From an uncultured SAR86 cluster bacterium (GTDB lineage: Bacteria > Pseudomonadota > Gammaproteobacteria > Magnimaribacterales > D2472): a DNA stretch of 64,000 nucleotides. Positions within the stretch are counted from its first letter, which is position 1, and every line of letters begins with the position of its first letter. Under the pieces are notes generated by a model, which did no database searches, was not told the DNA's origin, and saw only the letters and a list, made by a program, of their open reading frames with translations. The DNA lies in contig CACEDS010000001.1 in NCBI GenBank assembly GCA_902558395.1, forward strand, positions 389,152 through 453,151, in the 5' to 3' direction. Positions 19,631 to 28,831 of the stretch are shown one piece after another. The position numbers and the translations under genes were made by a program.

Positions 19631-20278
19631 ATGGAAATAATTAAATTTGAATTTCTAAAGCTATTAAAAAAATCCAGAGGTTGGCTTGGGCCTATATTAG
19701 TTTTTATTTTAATAATGGTTGCTTACCCCTTAACTGTTGAAGTTTCTGATGTTGAATTAAGCCAATCTTTTTTTTCAATACTATGGATTGCTGCATTATT
19801 GGTAGTAATGTTAGCCACAGAGGATATCTTTTTAGAAGATTTTAGTGACGGTACCTTGGAGCAATATGCAATATTACAAAAAAACTTGTCATTAATAGTT
19901 GGCTCCAAAATTTTTGTTTATTGGTTGGTAATTGGGGTACCAATATCTATGTTAGGAGCGATTTTTTGCGTTGGTACAACAAGTGAAAGTGCTTTTGGTT
20001 ACCAAATTCTTCCAGTTTTGTTAGTCTCAACTTATATTTTCATGAATGTCTTTAGTTTTGGAAATGCTTTAAGTTTAACCAAAGGTTCTGTTTTAGGAAC
20101 TTTGGTAACATTGCCATTACTTTTACCTTTGTTGATTATTTTAGGAAAAGTTGTAGTTGCTATTAATTTTGATTTAAATTATTCAGGCTTCTTGTTTCTA
20201 CTTTTAGGTATCTTATCGATTATAATAATGATTATTCCAATGATAATTTCATACATTATTAGAGCGCATTTAGAATAA
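19631..20278 (+). CDS. ccmB: Heme exporter membrane protein CcmB
   Basis: 215 aa with 6 TM segments. FEDFSDGTLEQY is like the CcmB conserved region, and the gene sits between ccmA and ccmC. Confidence 0.85.
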   Translation: MEIIKFEFLKLLKKSRGWLGPILVFILIMVAYPLTVEVSDVELSQSFFSILWIAALLVVMLATEDIFLEDFSDGTLEQYAILQKNLSLIVGSKIFVYWLVIGVPISMLGAIFCVGTTSESAFGYQILPVLLVSTYIFMNVFSFGNALSLTKGSVLGTLVTLPLLLPLLIILGKVVVAINFDLNYSGFLFLLLGILSIIIMIIPMIISYIIRAHLE

Positions 20279-20305
20279 TTATTTATCATTGAGAATCTAT
20301 TTATT

Positions 20306-21037
20306 GTGATAAAAAAATTTATACATCAATTTGCTTCGCCAAAAACCTATATGTTTCAAGTAAACAGAGCATATCCTTATATTTTTTATTTATCACTAAT
20401 AACATATCTTCTATCAATTTTTTGGGGACTATTTTTAACACCTGAGGATTTTGTTCAAGGTAACTCTTATAGAATAATCTATCTTCACGTCCCAGCATCA
20501 TTTATTTCTCAATCCCTATATTTAGCAATGGCAATTGCAAGCGCTGTTTATCTTATATGGAAAGTTAAGTTATCTGTTTATCTTGTAAGATCTATAGCAC
20601 CAATTGGTGCAGTCACCACATTTATAGCTCTAATCTCAGGTTCAATCTGGGGTATACCAACATGGGGCACTTGGTGGGTTTGGGATGCCCGAATTGTATC
20701 GACCTTAATCTTATTTATTATGTATTTAGGTCTTATCTCTCTTCATGATTCTTTTAATAACAATGAAAAAGCTGATAAATTCTTATCAATCCTTGTTTTA
20801 GTGGGCTCAGTTAACATACCGATAATAAAAATGTCTGTTGAATGGTGGAGCACCTTGCACCAACCAGCATCTATCACTCTATCTGAAAAACCAGCAATTG
20901 ATCTAGTAATGCTATATCCTTTATTTGGTTCAATTATTGGTTTTACTGGGTTGATTACTTGTTTGGTAATACTTTCATCTAAACTGCAAATCATAAAAAG
21001 AGAGAAAAATAAGTCCTGGGTAAAAGACTATGTTTAA
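20306..21037 (+). CDS. ccmC: Heme exporter/heme lyase subunit CcmC
   Basis: 243 aa with RIIYLHVPAS and the tryptophan-rich WGTWWVWDAR (WWD) motif. Confidence 0.9.
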   Translation: MIKKFIHQFASPKTYMFQVNRAYPYIFYLSLITYLLSIFWGLFLTPEDFVQGNSYRIIYLHVPASFISQSLYLAMAIASAVYLIWKVKLSVYLVRSIAPIGAVTTFIALISGSIWGIPTWGTWWVWDARIVSTLILFIMYLGLISLHDSFNNNEKADKFLSILVLVGSVNIPIIKMSVEWWSTLHQPASITLSEKPAIDLVMLYPLFGSIIGFTGLITCLVILSSKLQIIKREKNKSWVKDYV

Positions 21038-21203
21038 TATTGAATTTAATACACTTGCAGAAGCGCTTTTAATGCAAAGCCAAAATGGTCAAAATCATGG
21101 CATATACGTTTGGTCCGTTGTCTTAATTGTTACATTATGTATTTCAATTTCTTTTATCTTTTACAAATATAAAATAAAAGAAATTTCTAAAAAAATTAAA
21201 TGA
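21030..21203 (+). CDS. ccmD: Heme exporter protein CcmD (not in the supplied ORF track)
   Basis: My own translation gives 57 aa: MFNIEFNTLAEALLMQSQNGQNHGIYVWSVVLIVTLCISISFIFYKYKIKEISKKIK. It has a single TM segment with a GxYVW motif. The ATG overlaps the ccmC stop, and its TGA overlaps the ccmE ATG (ATGA). Confidence 0.7.
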   Translation: MFNIEFNTLAEALLMQSQNGQNHGIYVWSVVLIVTLCISISFIFYKYKIKEISKKIK

Positions 21204-21604
21204 AACCAGTTCGAAAAAAAAGACTACAAACAGTTTTATTAATTCTAGCTACATCTGCGCTTGGATCTTTTTTTATTATTCGAGCCTTGGATTCAAAATT
21301 AGATTTTTTCTATACACCCTCAGAAATCTTTTTAGAGGAAATTCCAGAAAATAAAAGAATAAAAATTGGAGGCATGGTTTTAGAAAACTCAGTAATAAGA
21401 GAGAAAACTAAAATATCTTTTATTGTTTCAGACTATCAAGGTTCAATTAATGTTGAATTTGATGGAATAGTGCCAGATTTGTTTAAAGAAGGCAGTGGTG
21501 TAGTTGTGTTGGGTTATTTAAAAGATAAAACCATAATTGCTGAGGAAGTTTTAGCAAAGCATGATGAAAACTATATGCCGCCAAGCATAGACATAGAGAA
21601 ATAA
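21200..21604 (+). CDS. ccmE: Cytochrome c-type biogenesis heme chaperone CcmE
   Basis: 134 aa with an N-terminal TM anchor. The C-terminal LAKHDENYMPP contains the heme-binding His motif. Confidence 0.9.
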   Translation: MKPVRKKRLQTVLLILATSALGSFFIIRALDSKLDFFYTPSEIFLEEIPENKRIKIGGMVLENSVIREKTKISFIVSDYQGSINVEFDGIVPDLFKEGSGVVVLGYLKDKTIIAEEVLAKHDENYMPPSIDIEK

Positions 21605-23499
21605 TGATCATAGAGGCAGCCCAATTTTTAACTATTCTTGCTACAGGATTATTTTTTTTATGTTTTGTATTTTCTATTTTTTTTAATGTTAATGATGTAA
21701 ATATTATTAAACTTATATCTAGAATATATTCTCATAGTTTTTTTCTATTTTTGTCCTCTTTTTTAATATATGTCTGGCTGGCAATAAATGACAATTTTAG
21801 TGTTCTATACATAGCTCAACACTCAAATACGAATCTGCCAGTTTTTTACAAAATATCTTCGATATGGAGTGCACATGAAGGGTCGATGTTTCTCTGGATT
21901 ATATTTCTTAGTTTGTGGGGAGCAATTTATAATTTTTCAGTTCATAACAACGAACCACTTAAAGCAAGAACCATTGGAGTAATATCCATAACGACTGTTG
22001 GTTTTTTATTATTTTTATTACTAACGTCGAATCCATTTGAAACAATGCTTCCTCTGCCTCCAGAGAATGGAGCTGATATTAATCCTGTACTTCAAGATCC
22101 TTTGTTAGCAATTCATCCACCAACACTTTATCTTGGTTATGTTGGTTTTGTAATCGCATTTGGACAAGCAATAGCTTTTTTGATTGAAGGCAATTCTAGT
22201 ATTAATTGGGAAAAACAGGTTAGATTTTGGTCAATAATTGCTTGGTCATTTTTAACTTTAGGGATTACTTTAGGTAGTTGGTGGGCATATTATGAATTAG
22301 GATGGGGAGGGTATTGGTTTTGGGACCCGGTTGAAAACGTTGCCCTAATGCCTTGGTTAGCAGCAACAGCTTTTATTCATTCGCTAAGCGCATCATCAAA
22401 GTCATCAATCTTAAGAATTTGGACTATTTTATTGTCCATTTTAGTTTTTTCATTAAGTCTATTTGGAGCATTTATTGTAAGGTCAGGAATCATAGATAGC
22501 GTTCATTCTTTTGCAAACGATCCGGAGAGGGGCCTTTATTTGCTGGCTTTTATCGGGATATTAGTAATGACGTCTCTTATTTTATTTTCTTATAGATTTT
22601 CAATATTGATTTCAAATAAAAGAATAGTTTCTTTATCAAAAGAATCTTTTATATCAATTAATAATATTTTTTTTGGGACTTTAATTTTTTCAACAATGCT
22701 TGGTGTAATGTATCCATTAATATATGAGTTTGTTAATGATCAAAAAATAAGTGTAGGCGCACCATTTTACAATGCCATATTTGTTCCAATTACGCTTTTA
22801 GCATGCCTGTTTCTTATTTTTTCTATTGAGTCTAAATGGCAAAGCAAACTTAAATTTGCTTTTTTGAATAACCCTCTAATAATTAGCTTTGTATTTTCTT
22901 TGTTTATAACTTTTCTATCATTTAAATTTTATTCTGTATCCAGAGCCTGGACGCTAGCTTCATTATTCATTGGCTCACTAATAATTAGTAGATATATCTT
23001 GGTAATTTATGCTTATATTTTTCATAGAAAATTTGTAAATATATATAGTGTTTTAGCCCATTTAGGACTTGGATTATTAATAATATCTATAGCCCTTAAT
23101 AATGATTTTAGTTCAGAAAGAGCATTGAATATTAAAATAAATGAAACAGAAACTTATAAAAATCATGAGATTACATTTAACAATTTACAACTTACAGAAG
23201 GTCCAAACTATGAATCTGTAAAAGCAGATTTCATAATAGAAAATAAAAACGGAAATAAATTTTCTTTAAATCCTGAAAAAAGAAAATACTTTGTTAGAGG
23301 TCAAATCACAACTGAAACAGCAATACATGCCTCCTTATTAAAAGATATATATTTAACAATTGGCGATCAACTAGATGATGGAAGTTGGATTGTAAATGTT
23401 CAGTTTAATTATTTTATAAGATGGATATGGTTTTCAGCCACATTAATGATTATTTCAGGTTTATTTTTAGCTAGGTCATTAAATAGAGTGCACTCATGA
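21604..23499 (+). CDS. ccmF: Cytochrome c heme lyase subunit CcmF
   Basis: 631 aa polytopic protein with the WWD-type motif WGGYWFWDPVEN. It is in the ccm cluster. Confidence 0.93.
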   Translation: MIIEAAQFLTILATGLFFLCFVFSIFFNVNDVNIIKLISRIYSHSFFLFLSSFLIYVWLAINDNFSVLYIAQHSNTNLPVFYKISSIWSAHEGSMFLWIIFLSLWGAIYNFSVHNNEPLKARTIGVISITTVGFLLFLLLTSNPFETMLPLPPENGADINPVLQDPLLAIHPPTLYLGYVGFVIAFGQAIAFLIEGNSSINWEKQVRFWSIIAWSFLTLGITLGSWWAYYELGWGGYWFWDPVENVALMPWLAATAFIHSLSASSKSSILRIWTILLSILVFSLSLFGAFIVRSGIIDSVHSFANDPERGLYLLAFIGILVMTSLILFSYRFSILISNKRIVSLSKESFISINNIFFGTLIFSTMLGVMYPLIYEFVNDQKISVGAPFYNAIFVPITLLACLFLIFSIESKWQSKLKFAFLNNPLIISFVFSLFITFLSFKFYSVSRAWTLASLFIGSLIISRYILVIYAYIFHRKFVNIYSVLAHLGLGLLIISIALNNDFSSERALNIKINETETYKNHEITFNNLQLTEGPNYESVKADFIIENKNGNKFSLNPEKRKYFVRGQITTETAIHASLLKDIYLTIGDQLDDGSWIVNVQFNYFIRWIWFSATLMIISGLFLARSLNRVHS

Positions 23500-24026
23500 C
23501 AGTTTTTTTAAGAGTATTTATATTATGCGTATCTCTAATGTTTTTTTACTTTTTTTATTTATATATTGAAGAGGATAAATACTATCCAGGAGCAAGTTTT
23601 CAAACTTCAAATATGCCATTGTTTGAACTTGAAGATTTATATTCGGATGATGTTATAACAAATTCAGATATAGAAGGCGCACACTTAATTAACGTCTGGG
23701 CAAGCTGGTGTATTACTTGCCGAATTGAGCATGGTTTTTTAGTAAAACTAAGCTCACAAGGTATTCCTATAATGGGGCTAAATTATAAAGACGCAAGAAT
23801 TGATGCAATAAATTGGATTACAAAGTTTGGTGACCCTTATGAATTTATTATCCATGATCTAAAAGGTGAATTAGCCTTAGATATGGGTGTCACTGGCGCA
23901 CCTGAAACTTTTTTAATAAATAATGGAAAAATTATTGCTCATTACAGGGGTGAGGTAAATGAAATGATTTGGAGTGATGTTTTTTCTCCAATTATAAAAA
24001 AGGAGAACCTTTTTAATGATAATTAA
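23496..24026 (+). CDS. ccmG: Thiol:disulfide interchange protein DsbE/CcmG
   Basis: 176 aa with a TM anchor, the thioredoxin-like WASWCITC active site and GVTGAPETFLI. Confidence 0.85.
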   Translation: MTVFLRVFILCVSLMFFYFFYLYIEEDKYYPGASFQTSNMPLFELEDLYSDDVITNSDIEGAHLINVWASWCITCRIEHGFLVKLSSQGIPIMGLNYKDARIDAINWITKFGDPYEFIIHDLKGELALDMGVTGAPETFLINNGKIIAHYRGEVNEMIWSDVFSPIIKKENLFNDN

Positions 24027-24393
24027 ATCGTTGTTATTTATATTTTTTATATCCTCAACAAATGTTTTGGGTGATTCTTTATATAATTTTGAAAATATAA
24101 AAGATGAAGAAAGGTTTTATAGTTTAATAAAAGAAATTAGATGTCCAAAATGTACTAGTGGATCACTTGCAAGCTCTAATGCTCCGGTATCTGAGGATAT
24201 CAAAGAGAAAATTATAGAATTAATTAAAGAAGGCAAAACTGATGATGAGATTAAGACTTTTCTGTCTGATAGGTTTGGAAATGAAGTCTTATACAATCCA
24301 GGATTGAATAGCAATACGTATATTCTTTGGATTGCACCAGTATTATTTTTATTTATTGCTTTGTTAATATTCTTTTTTAGAAGAAAGACATAA
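24016..24393 (+). CDS. ccmH: Cytochrome c-type biogenesis protein CcmH
   Basis: 125 aa with a signal peptide, IRCPKCTSGSLASSNAP (CxxC redox motif) and a C-terminal TM segment. Confidence 0.8.
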   Translation: MIIKSLLFIFFISSTNVLGDSLYNFENIKDEERFYSLIKEIRCPKCTSGSLASSNAPVSEDIKEKIIELIKEGKTDDEIKTFLSDRFGNEVLYNPGLNSNTYILWIAPVLFLFIALLIFFFRRKT

Positions 24394-25172
24394 TGTTTTT
24401 TATATACTTCTTAGCTTTCTTTGCATTCATTCCAATCTTGGCATATCTGTTATCGCAAAATACAAACAATAAAGGATATATTTTTGGAATCTCTTTTTTA
24501 GTTGTTCTTGTTTGTTTATTTACTGTTGTTGGAAAATACTCATTCTTAGGCTCAATTAAAAATCAAAAGATCAATTCAGAAATTCTTATGAATATTAACG
24601 TTAATAGTAAAATTTCTGAAAACATTACAAGAGAATTTAATAACAATATTAGCAATGAAGATAAAGTGTATTGGCTGCAAAGTTATATTAATAAAGCCAT
24701 TGAAGACAGTAAATTTATTGCTGCTGAAAGCTTAATTTCTATCTCAGAGCAATACTTTCAAACCACAGATGAAAAATTTATTTTTTATACCTTATACACA
24801 AAACTTAGAGACGCAAAATTCCCTGATTTTGCAAAGTCTAAATTAATTATAAATCTTAACTCTCCTCCAGAGTGCTCTAATTTTTTTGGTACAGCAGAAG
24901 TATTTATAATGAATGGTCCAAAAATACCCATAGCCTTAAAAAAATTCACGAATTCTTCTGAATTTGAATTAGAAAATGTTCATTCCTCCATTCCTGGTTT
25001 TGATTTGGCTTCTGCCTATCTAAATCAAGAAACTCTTGATTTAAAAGTATCATTAAACTGCCCTGAAACAGCCTCTATTTTTTATTCTGAAAACGCTTTG
25101 TTAATTGATAACAATCAGCCTGTAAATTCCTATAATATTAAGGCAAATGAATGGTTTAAAAGGGAACAATAG
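24393..25172 (+). CDS. Putative CcmI-like cytochrome c biogenesis accessory protein
   Basis: 259 aa with two N-terminal TM helices, ATGA-coupled to ccmH, in the position of ccmI. The call rests on position only, since sequence similarity is not evident by eye. Confidence 0.4.
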   Translation: MFFIYFLAFFAFIPILAYLLSQNTNNKGYIFGISFLVVLVCLFTVVGKYSFLGSIKNQKINSEILMNINVNSKISENITREFNNNISNEDKVYWLQSYINKAIEDSKFIAAESLISISEQYFQTTDEKFIFYTLYTKLRDAKFPDFAKSKLIINLNSPPECSNFFGTAEVFIMNGPKIPIALKKFTNSSEFELENVHSSIPGFDLASAYLNQETLDLKVSLNCPETASIFYSENALLIDNNQPVNSYNIKANEWFKREQ

Positions 25173-25205
25173 TTTAATATATCTTTAAGAAAAATATTCT
25201 CAATA

Positions 25206-28193
25206 ATGCAGCTTAAACATATAAAACTCGCAGGTTTTAAAAGTTTCGTAGATCCAACGAAGATATCTTTTCCTTCAAATTTAGTAGGCGTAGTTGGCCC
25301 TAATGGCTGTGGTAAATCAAACGTAATTGATGCCGTAAGATGGGTTTTAGGAGAGCTCTCTGCTAAAAATCTTCGTGGGGAGTCTATGGTAGACGTCATC
25401 TTCAATGGGTCAGAAAATAGAAAACCATCAGGACAATGCAGTATTGAATTACTTTTTGATAATTCTAGTGGAAAGATTGGTGGTGAATATGCTTCCTATA
25501 ATGAAATTTCCATCAAAAGAGTAATGACAAGAGATGCACAGTCAACTTATTTTATAAATAGTACAAAGTGTAGAAGAAAAGATGTTCAAGATATATTTCT
25601 AGGAACAGGTTTAGGACCAAGTTCTTATGCAATTATTGAACAAGGAATGGTCAGTAGGCTTGTAAGTGCAAAGCCAGAGGAGCTTAGGACTCATATTGAA
25701 GAGGCTGCAGGCGTCTCTAAATATAGGGAAAGAAGAAGAGAAACCGAGAGTCGAATCAAGAAGACAAAAGAGAACCTATCAAGAGTTAAAGATATAAAGG
25801 ATGAAATAGAAAGGCTTATTAGAAGGCTTGAAAATCAAGCTAATGCTGCAGAGAAATATAACAAGTTAAAAGAAGAGGAGAATCAGAAACAAACTGATAT
25901 AGCTATTCTTTATTCACTTGAAGCTAAAAACAATAAAGACAAACTCCAAAAGAACTTAGAAGGCTTAAATAGAGATCTCAAAATAAAACAGGCTGAATCA
26001 GATTCAAAACAAGCACAAATCGATGATTATAGAACCCAGAATGAGTCTGTAATTAATGCTTATGAGGATGCTCAGAAAAATTTTTATACAATAGGTGCTG
26101 AAATAGCCAAGCATGAATCAGATCTTCATAATATCAACAAATCTGAAGCTACTAATTTAGAAGCCCTTGAGAGAGCTCAAAAAAGTTACAAAGATGCTCT
26201 TCAAAAAGAGTCTGCATTTAAGGACTTAAGTCCAAAAGAAAAAGAATTAAAGCTAAATATTGCTATTGTTAAAGCTTTTGATGCTCTTGAGAAAAAAAAT
26301 ACTATCGGTGTGTCAATTAAACCGCTCGAAGACCAAATAAACATCAAACAAAATGAATTAGATTCGAAGCAGGATATTTTTGATGGTATTAAAGCTAATA
26401 AAGACAAAATCGTAAGTGAGATAAAAGACATTCAGAAAAATCAATTTTCTATTGATGCTGAGATTGCACGAATCGAAGGCTCAATAAAAAATCTTAATAA
26501 TTTAGCAGAAAATGCAAAATCAGATTTTGAAGATGCTTCACGTAATTATGCAAACGCTGTTGACAAAGAGTCAAATAATGAACATCTAAGCCCTAAAGAA
26601 AAAGCAATACACTTACTAGATTCAATCACAGACTTACTTAAATCATTTGGATCAAGTGCAGATAAAGTGAACTCAAAATTATCTGAGCTTAAAGAACTCC
26701 TAATGAGCATATTAAAAATTGCTTCTGATCAATCAAAAAGTTTTACTGCAGAATATTTAAATCAAAAAAATAGAGCAGAAGAGGCTATTAACAAAGCCAA
26801 GGAAGATAAAAAAATTGCTGAAACTAAGCTCGAAGACCTTAACAGTCAAAGAATCTCAATTGGCAATCAACTGGAATCACACATTAGTATTCAGACTAAT
26901 ATAGATAACCAATTGCAAGAAATGGATAGCAATAAATCTGTTGTATCAAATGAACTTAGGAACCTTGAGAAAGAAATTAATGATTTAAGGCTTGAGCTAA
27001 GAACTCACGAAATTAATTTAGAAAATGCTTCAATGGTTTTAGAGAAAGCAGAGGTAAGTATTTCAGACCTTGATTCAGCACAATACAAGGGAATGGATTT
27101 AAAAGGGCTTGAGGTCTCTTTAGATGAAATACAAAAAAATATTGCTCAATTAGGTTCAGTCAATTTAGCTGCTCCCGAAGAGTACTTAAGCAGAGAAAAC
27201 GAATTAAAAAAATTAATTGAAGAAGCTGAAATAAGAAAGTCTGAAATTCAAGTAATTATGGATGGCTTGGTAGAAAAGAGCTCTAAAGCAGAATCTGAAT
27301 TAACAGCCATAAGGCAAAAACAATCTCAGTTTAATGAAAGCTTAAGAGACCTTGAAAATCAAAAAAATGTAGCTGAACTAGATCTTAAATCAATTACAGA
27401 GAAAGTTACTAATCTGAGGTTGGATTTAAAAACCCATGAAATTAATCTAGATAACGCAAACACTAAAATTAAAGAGGCTGGTTTAAATATTGAAAATATA
27501 GATTATTCAAAATATGAAGATATGGAGCTCAATGTCCTCCAAGATTCACTTGCAGACATTCAGGCAAAAATCATACGTCTAGGAGCTATCAACCTGGCAG
27601 CTCCAGAAGAAATAGCTGCAGAATCAAAAAGAAAAGAAGAGCTTGATGTTCAATACAACGATCTTACTGAAGCTCTTGAAAAACTTACAGGCGCCATAAA
27701 AACAATTGATCTTGAAACTAAAACAAGATTTCAAGATAGCTTTGATTCAATAAACAAAAGAATGAAAGAGGTATTTTCAAAGTTATTTGGTGGTGGTTTT
27801 GCTGAACTCGCTCTTACCGAAAATGATGCTTTAAATGCGGGTGTAGTAATAATGGCTAGACCTCCTGGCAAGAAAAATTCATCAATTTCTCAACTGTCAG
27901 GAGGTGAAAAAGCTTTAACTGCTTTAGCTCTTGTTTTTGCAATTTTTGAGCTCAATCCTGCTCCGTTTTGTATTTTAGATGAAGTAGATGCTCCACTAGA
28001 TGATTTAAATACTATGCGTTTTATAAATATGGTTGAGGAGATGTCAAAGACAGTTCAATTCATATTTATAACTCATAATAAAGTTTCTATGGAAAAAAGT
28101 GATCATTTAATGGGAGTAACAATGCAAGAAGCTGGTGTTTCTAGAATGGTCTCTGTTGATGTTAACCAAGCTCTAGAATTTGCTGAAGTATGA
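25206..28193 (+). CDS. smc: SMC-family chromosome partition ATPase, atypical (no recognisable hinge)
   Basis: 995 aa. N-head FKSF...GPNGCGKSNVIDAVRWVLGE and EQG; C-head LSGGEKALTALALVFA and FCILDEVDAPLDD. About 680 aa of coiled coil lie between the heads. Confidence 0.85.
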   Translation: MQLKHIKLAGFKSFVDPTKISFPSNLVGVVGPNGCGKSNVIDAVRWVLGELSAKNLRGESMVDVIFNGSENRKPSGQCSIELLFDNSSGKIGGEYASYNEISIKRVMTRDAQSTYFINSTKCRRKDVQDIFLGTGLGPSSYAIIEQGMVSRLVSAKPEELRTHIEEAAGVSKYRERRRETESRIKKTKENLSRVKDIKDEIERLIRRLENQANAAEKYNKLKEEENQKQTDIAILYSLEAKNNKDKLQKNLEGLNRDLKIKQAESDSKQAQIDDYRTQNESVINAYEDAQKNFYTIGAEIAKHESDLHNINKSEATNLEALERAQKSYKDALQKESAFKDLSPKEKELKLNIAIVKAFDALEKKNTIGVSIKPLEDQINIKQNELDSKQDIFDGIKANKDKIVSEIKDIQKNQFSIDAEIARIEGSIKNLNNLAENAKSDFEDASRNYANAVDKESNNEHLSPKEKAIHLLDSITDLLKSFGSSADKVNSKLSELKELLMSILKIASDQSKSFTAEYLNQKNRAEEAINKAKEDKKIAETKLEDLNSQRISIGNQLESHISIQTNIDNQLQEMDSNKSVVSNELRNLEKEINDLRLELRTHEINLENASMVLEKAEVSISDLDSAQYKGMDLKGLEVSLDEIQKNIAQLGSVNLAAPEEYLSRENELKKLIEEAEIRKSEIQVIMDGLVEKSSKAESELTAIRQKQSQFNESLRDLENQKNVAELDLKSITEKVTNLRLDLKTHEINLDNANTKIKEAGLNIENIDYSKYEDMELNVLQDSLADIQAKIIRLGAINLAAPEEIAAESKRKEELDVQYNDLTEALEKLTGAIKTIDLETKTRFQDSFDSINKRMKEVFSKLFGGGFAELALTENDALNAGVVIMARPPGKKNSSISQLSGGEKALTALALVFAIFELNPAPFCILDEVDAPLDDLNTMRFINMVEEMSKTVQFIFITHNKVSMEKSDHLMGVTMQEAGVSRMVSVDVNQALEFAEV
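26067..26645 (+). repeat. Diverged tandem duplication inside the smc N-proximal coiled coil (aa 288-365 vs 408-480)
   Basis: QKNFYTIGAEIAKHESDLHNINK...ALQKESAFKDLSPKEK aligns with QKNQFSIDAEIARIEGSIKNLNN...AVDKESNNEHLSPKEK, offset 120 aa. Confidence 0.7.
26952..27611 (+). repeat. Diverged tandem duplication inside the smc C-proximal coiled coil (aa 583-660 vs 725-802)
   Basis: NDLRLELRTHEINLENA...IAQLGSVNLAAPEEY aligns with TNLRLDLKTHEINLDNA...IIRLGAINLAAPEE, offset 142 aa. The duplication is also visible at DNA level, at roughly 60 percent identity by eye. Confidence 0.8.
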
Positions 28194-28831
28194 TGGACTC
28201 CAATATAGATATATATTTAATTGGCATTTCTGTTTTAGTATTCCTAATAATTACATTTCTTTTCATTAGAAAAATTTCTAATAGAGGAGAGCTCAAAGTA
28301 AAAATTGAGCCTGTTACAGACACTTTTGAAATAAAAGAGTTTGATGAAATTGATATAAAGTCTCAAAAAGCTTTTGATTTTGAAGATAAAGATCACATTG
28401 ATTATCAAGAACAAAAACTTGTTGTCTTAAACTTAATATCCATTGATAAGTCCATGTTCGAAATTGATCAAGTATATGGGTTTATGAATAATCTCGGAGC
28501 AACCCTATCTCATGGATTTTTTGTTATAAAAGATAGTGACTATAAAGAGTCTTTTAGAATAGCCAATGCTTTAAACCCTGGAACATTTGAAGCAGATACT
28601 AGCACTTTCGCAATTCTTGTAGCCGCTGATCTTAATAACGTCTTGGACCCGATTAAAACAGTAAAAGATATGGTAAATTTTGCTTATGAATTTACTGAAA
28701 AGTTTTATGCCAATATTTGTGACCAAGAGAGAATGCCAATAACAAAACAAATGATTTCTCATATTGAGTCTCAAGCTCAAGAGATTGCAAGGCTGAAACA
28801 ACTGGCAGTTGCTGAAAAATCTGATAAATGA
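28190..28831 (+). CDS. zipA: Cell division protein ZipA-like
   Basis: 213 aa with an N-terminal TM anchor (IYLIGISVLVFLIITFLFI). The C-terminal domain pattern (VVLNLIS...FMNNLG...FRIANALNPGTF...ILVAADL...MVNFAYEF...DQERMPITKQ) is like the ZipA FtsZ-binding domain. ATGA-coupled to smc. Confidence 0.65.
   Translation: MMDSNIDIYLIGISVLVFLIITFLFIRKISNRGELKVKIEPVTDTFEIKEFDEIDIKSQKAFDFEDKDHIDYQEQKLVVLNLISIDKSMFEIDQVYGFMNNLGATLSHGFFVIKDSDYKESFRIANALNPGTFEADTSTFAILVAADLNNVLDPIKTVKDMVNFAYEFTEKFYANICDQERMPITKQMISHIESQAQEIARLKQLAVAEKSDK

Noticed and set aside
25130-25405. 91-aa minus-strand ORF spanning the ccmI-like/smc junction.
   Set aside because: It overlaps the highly conserved SMC Walker A region on the opposite strand and has no independent support.
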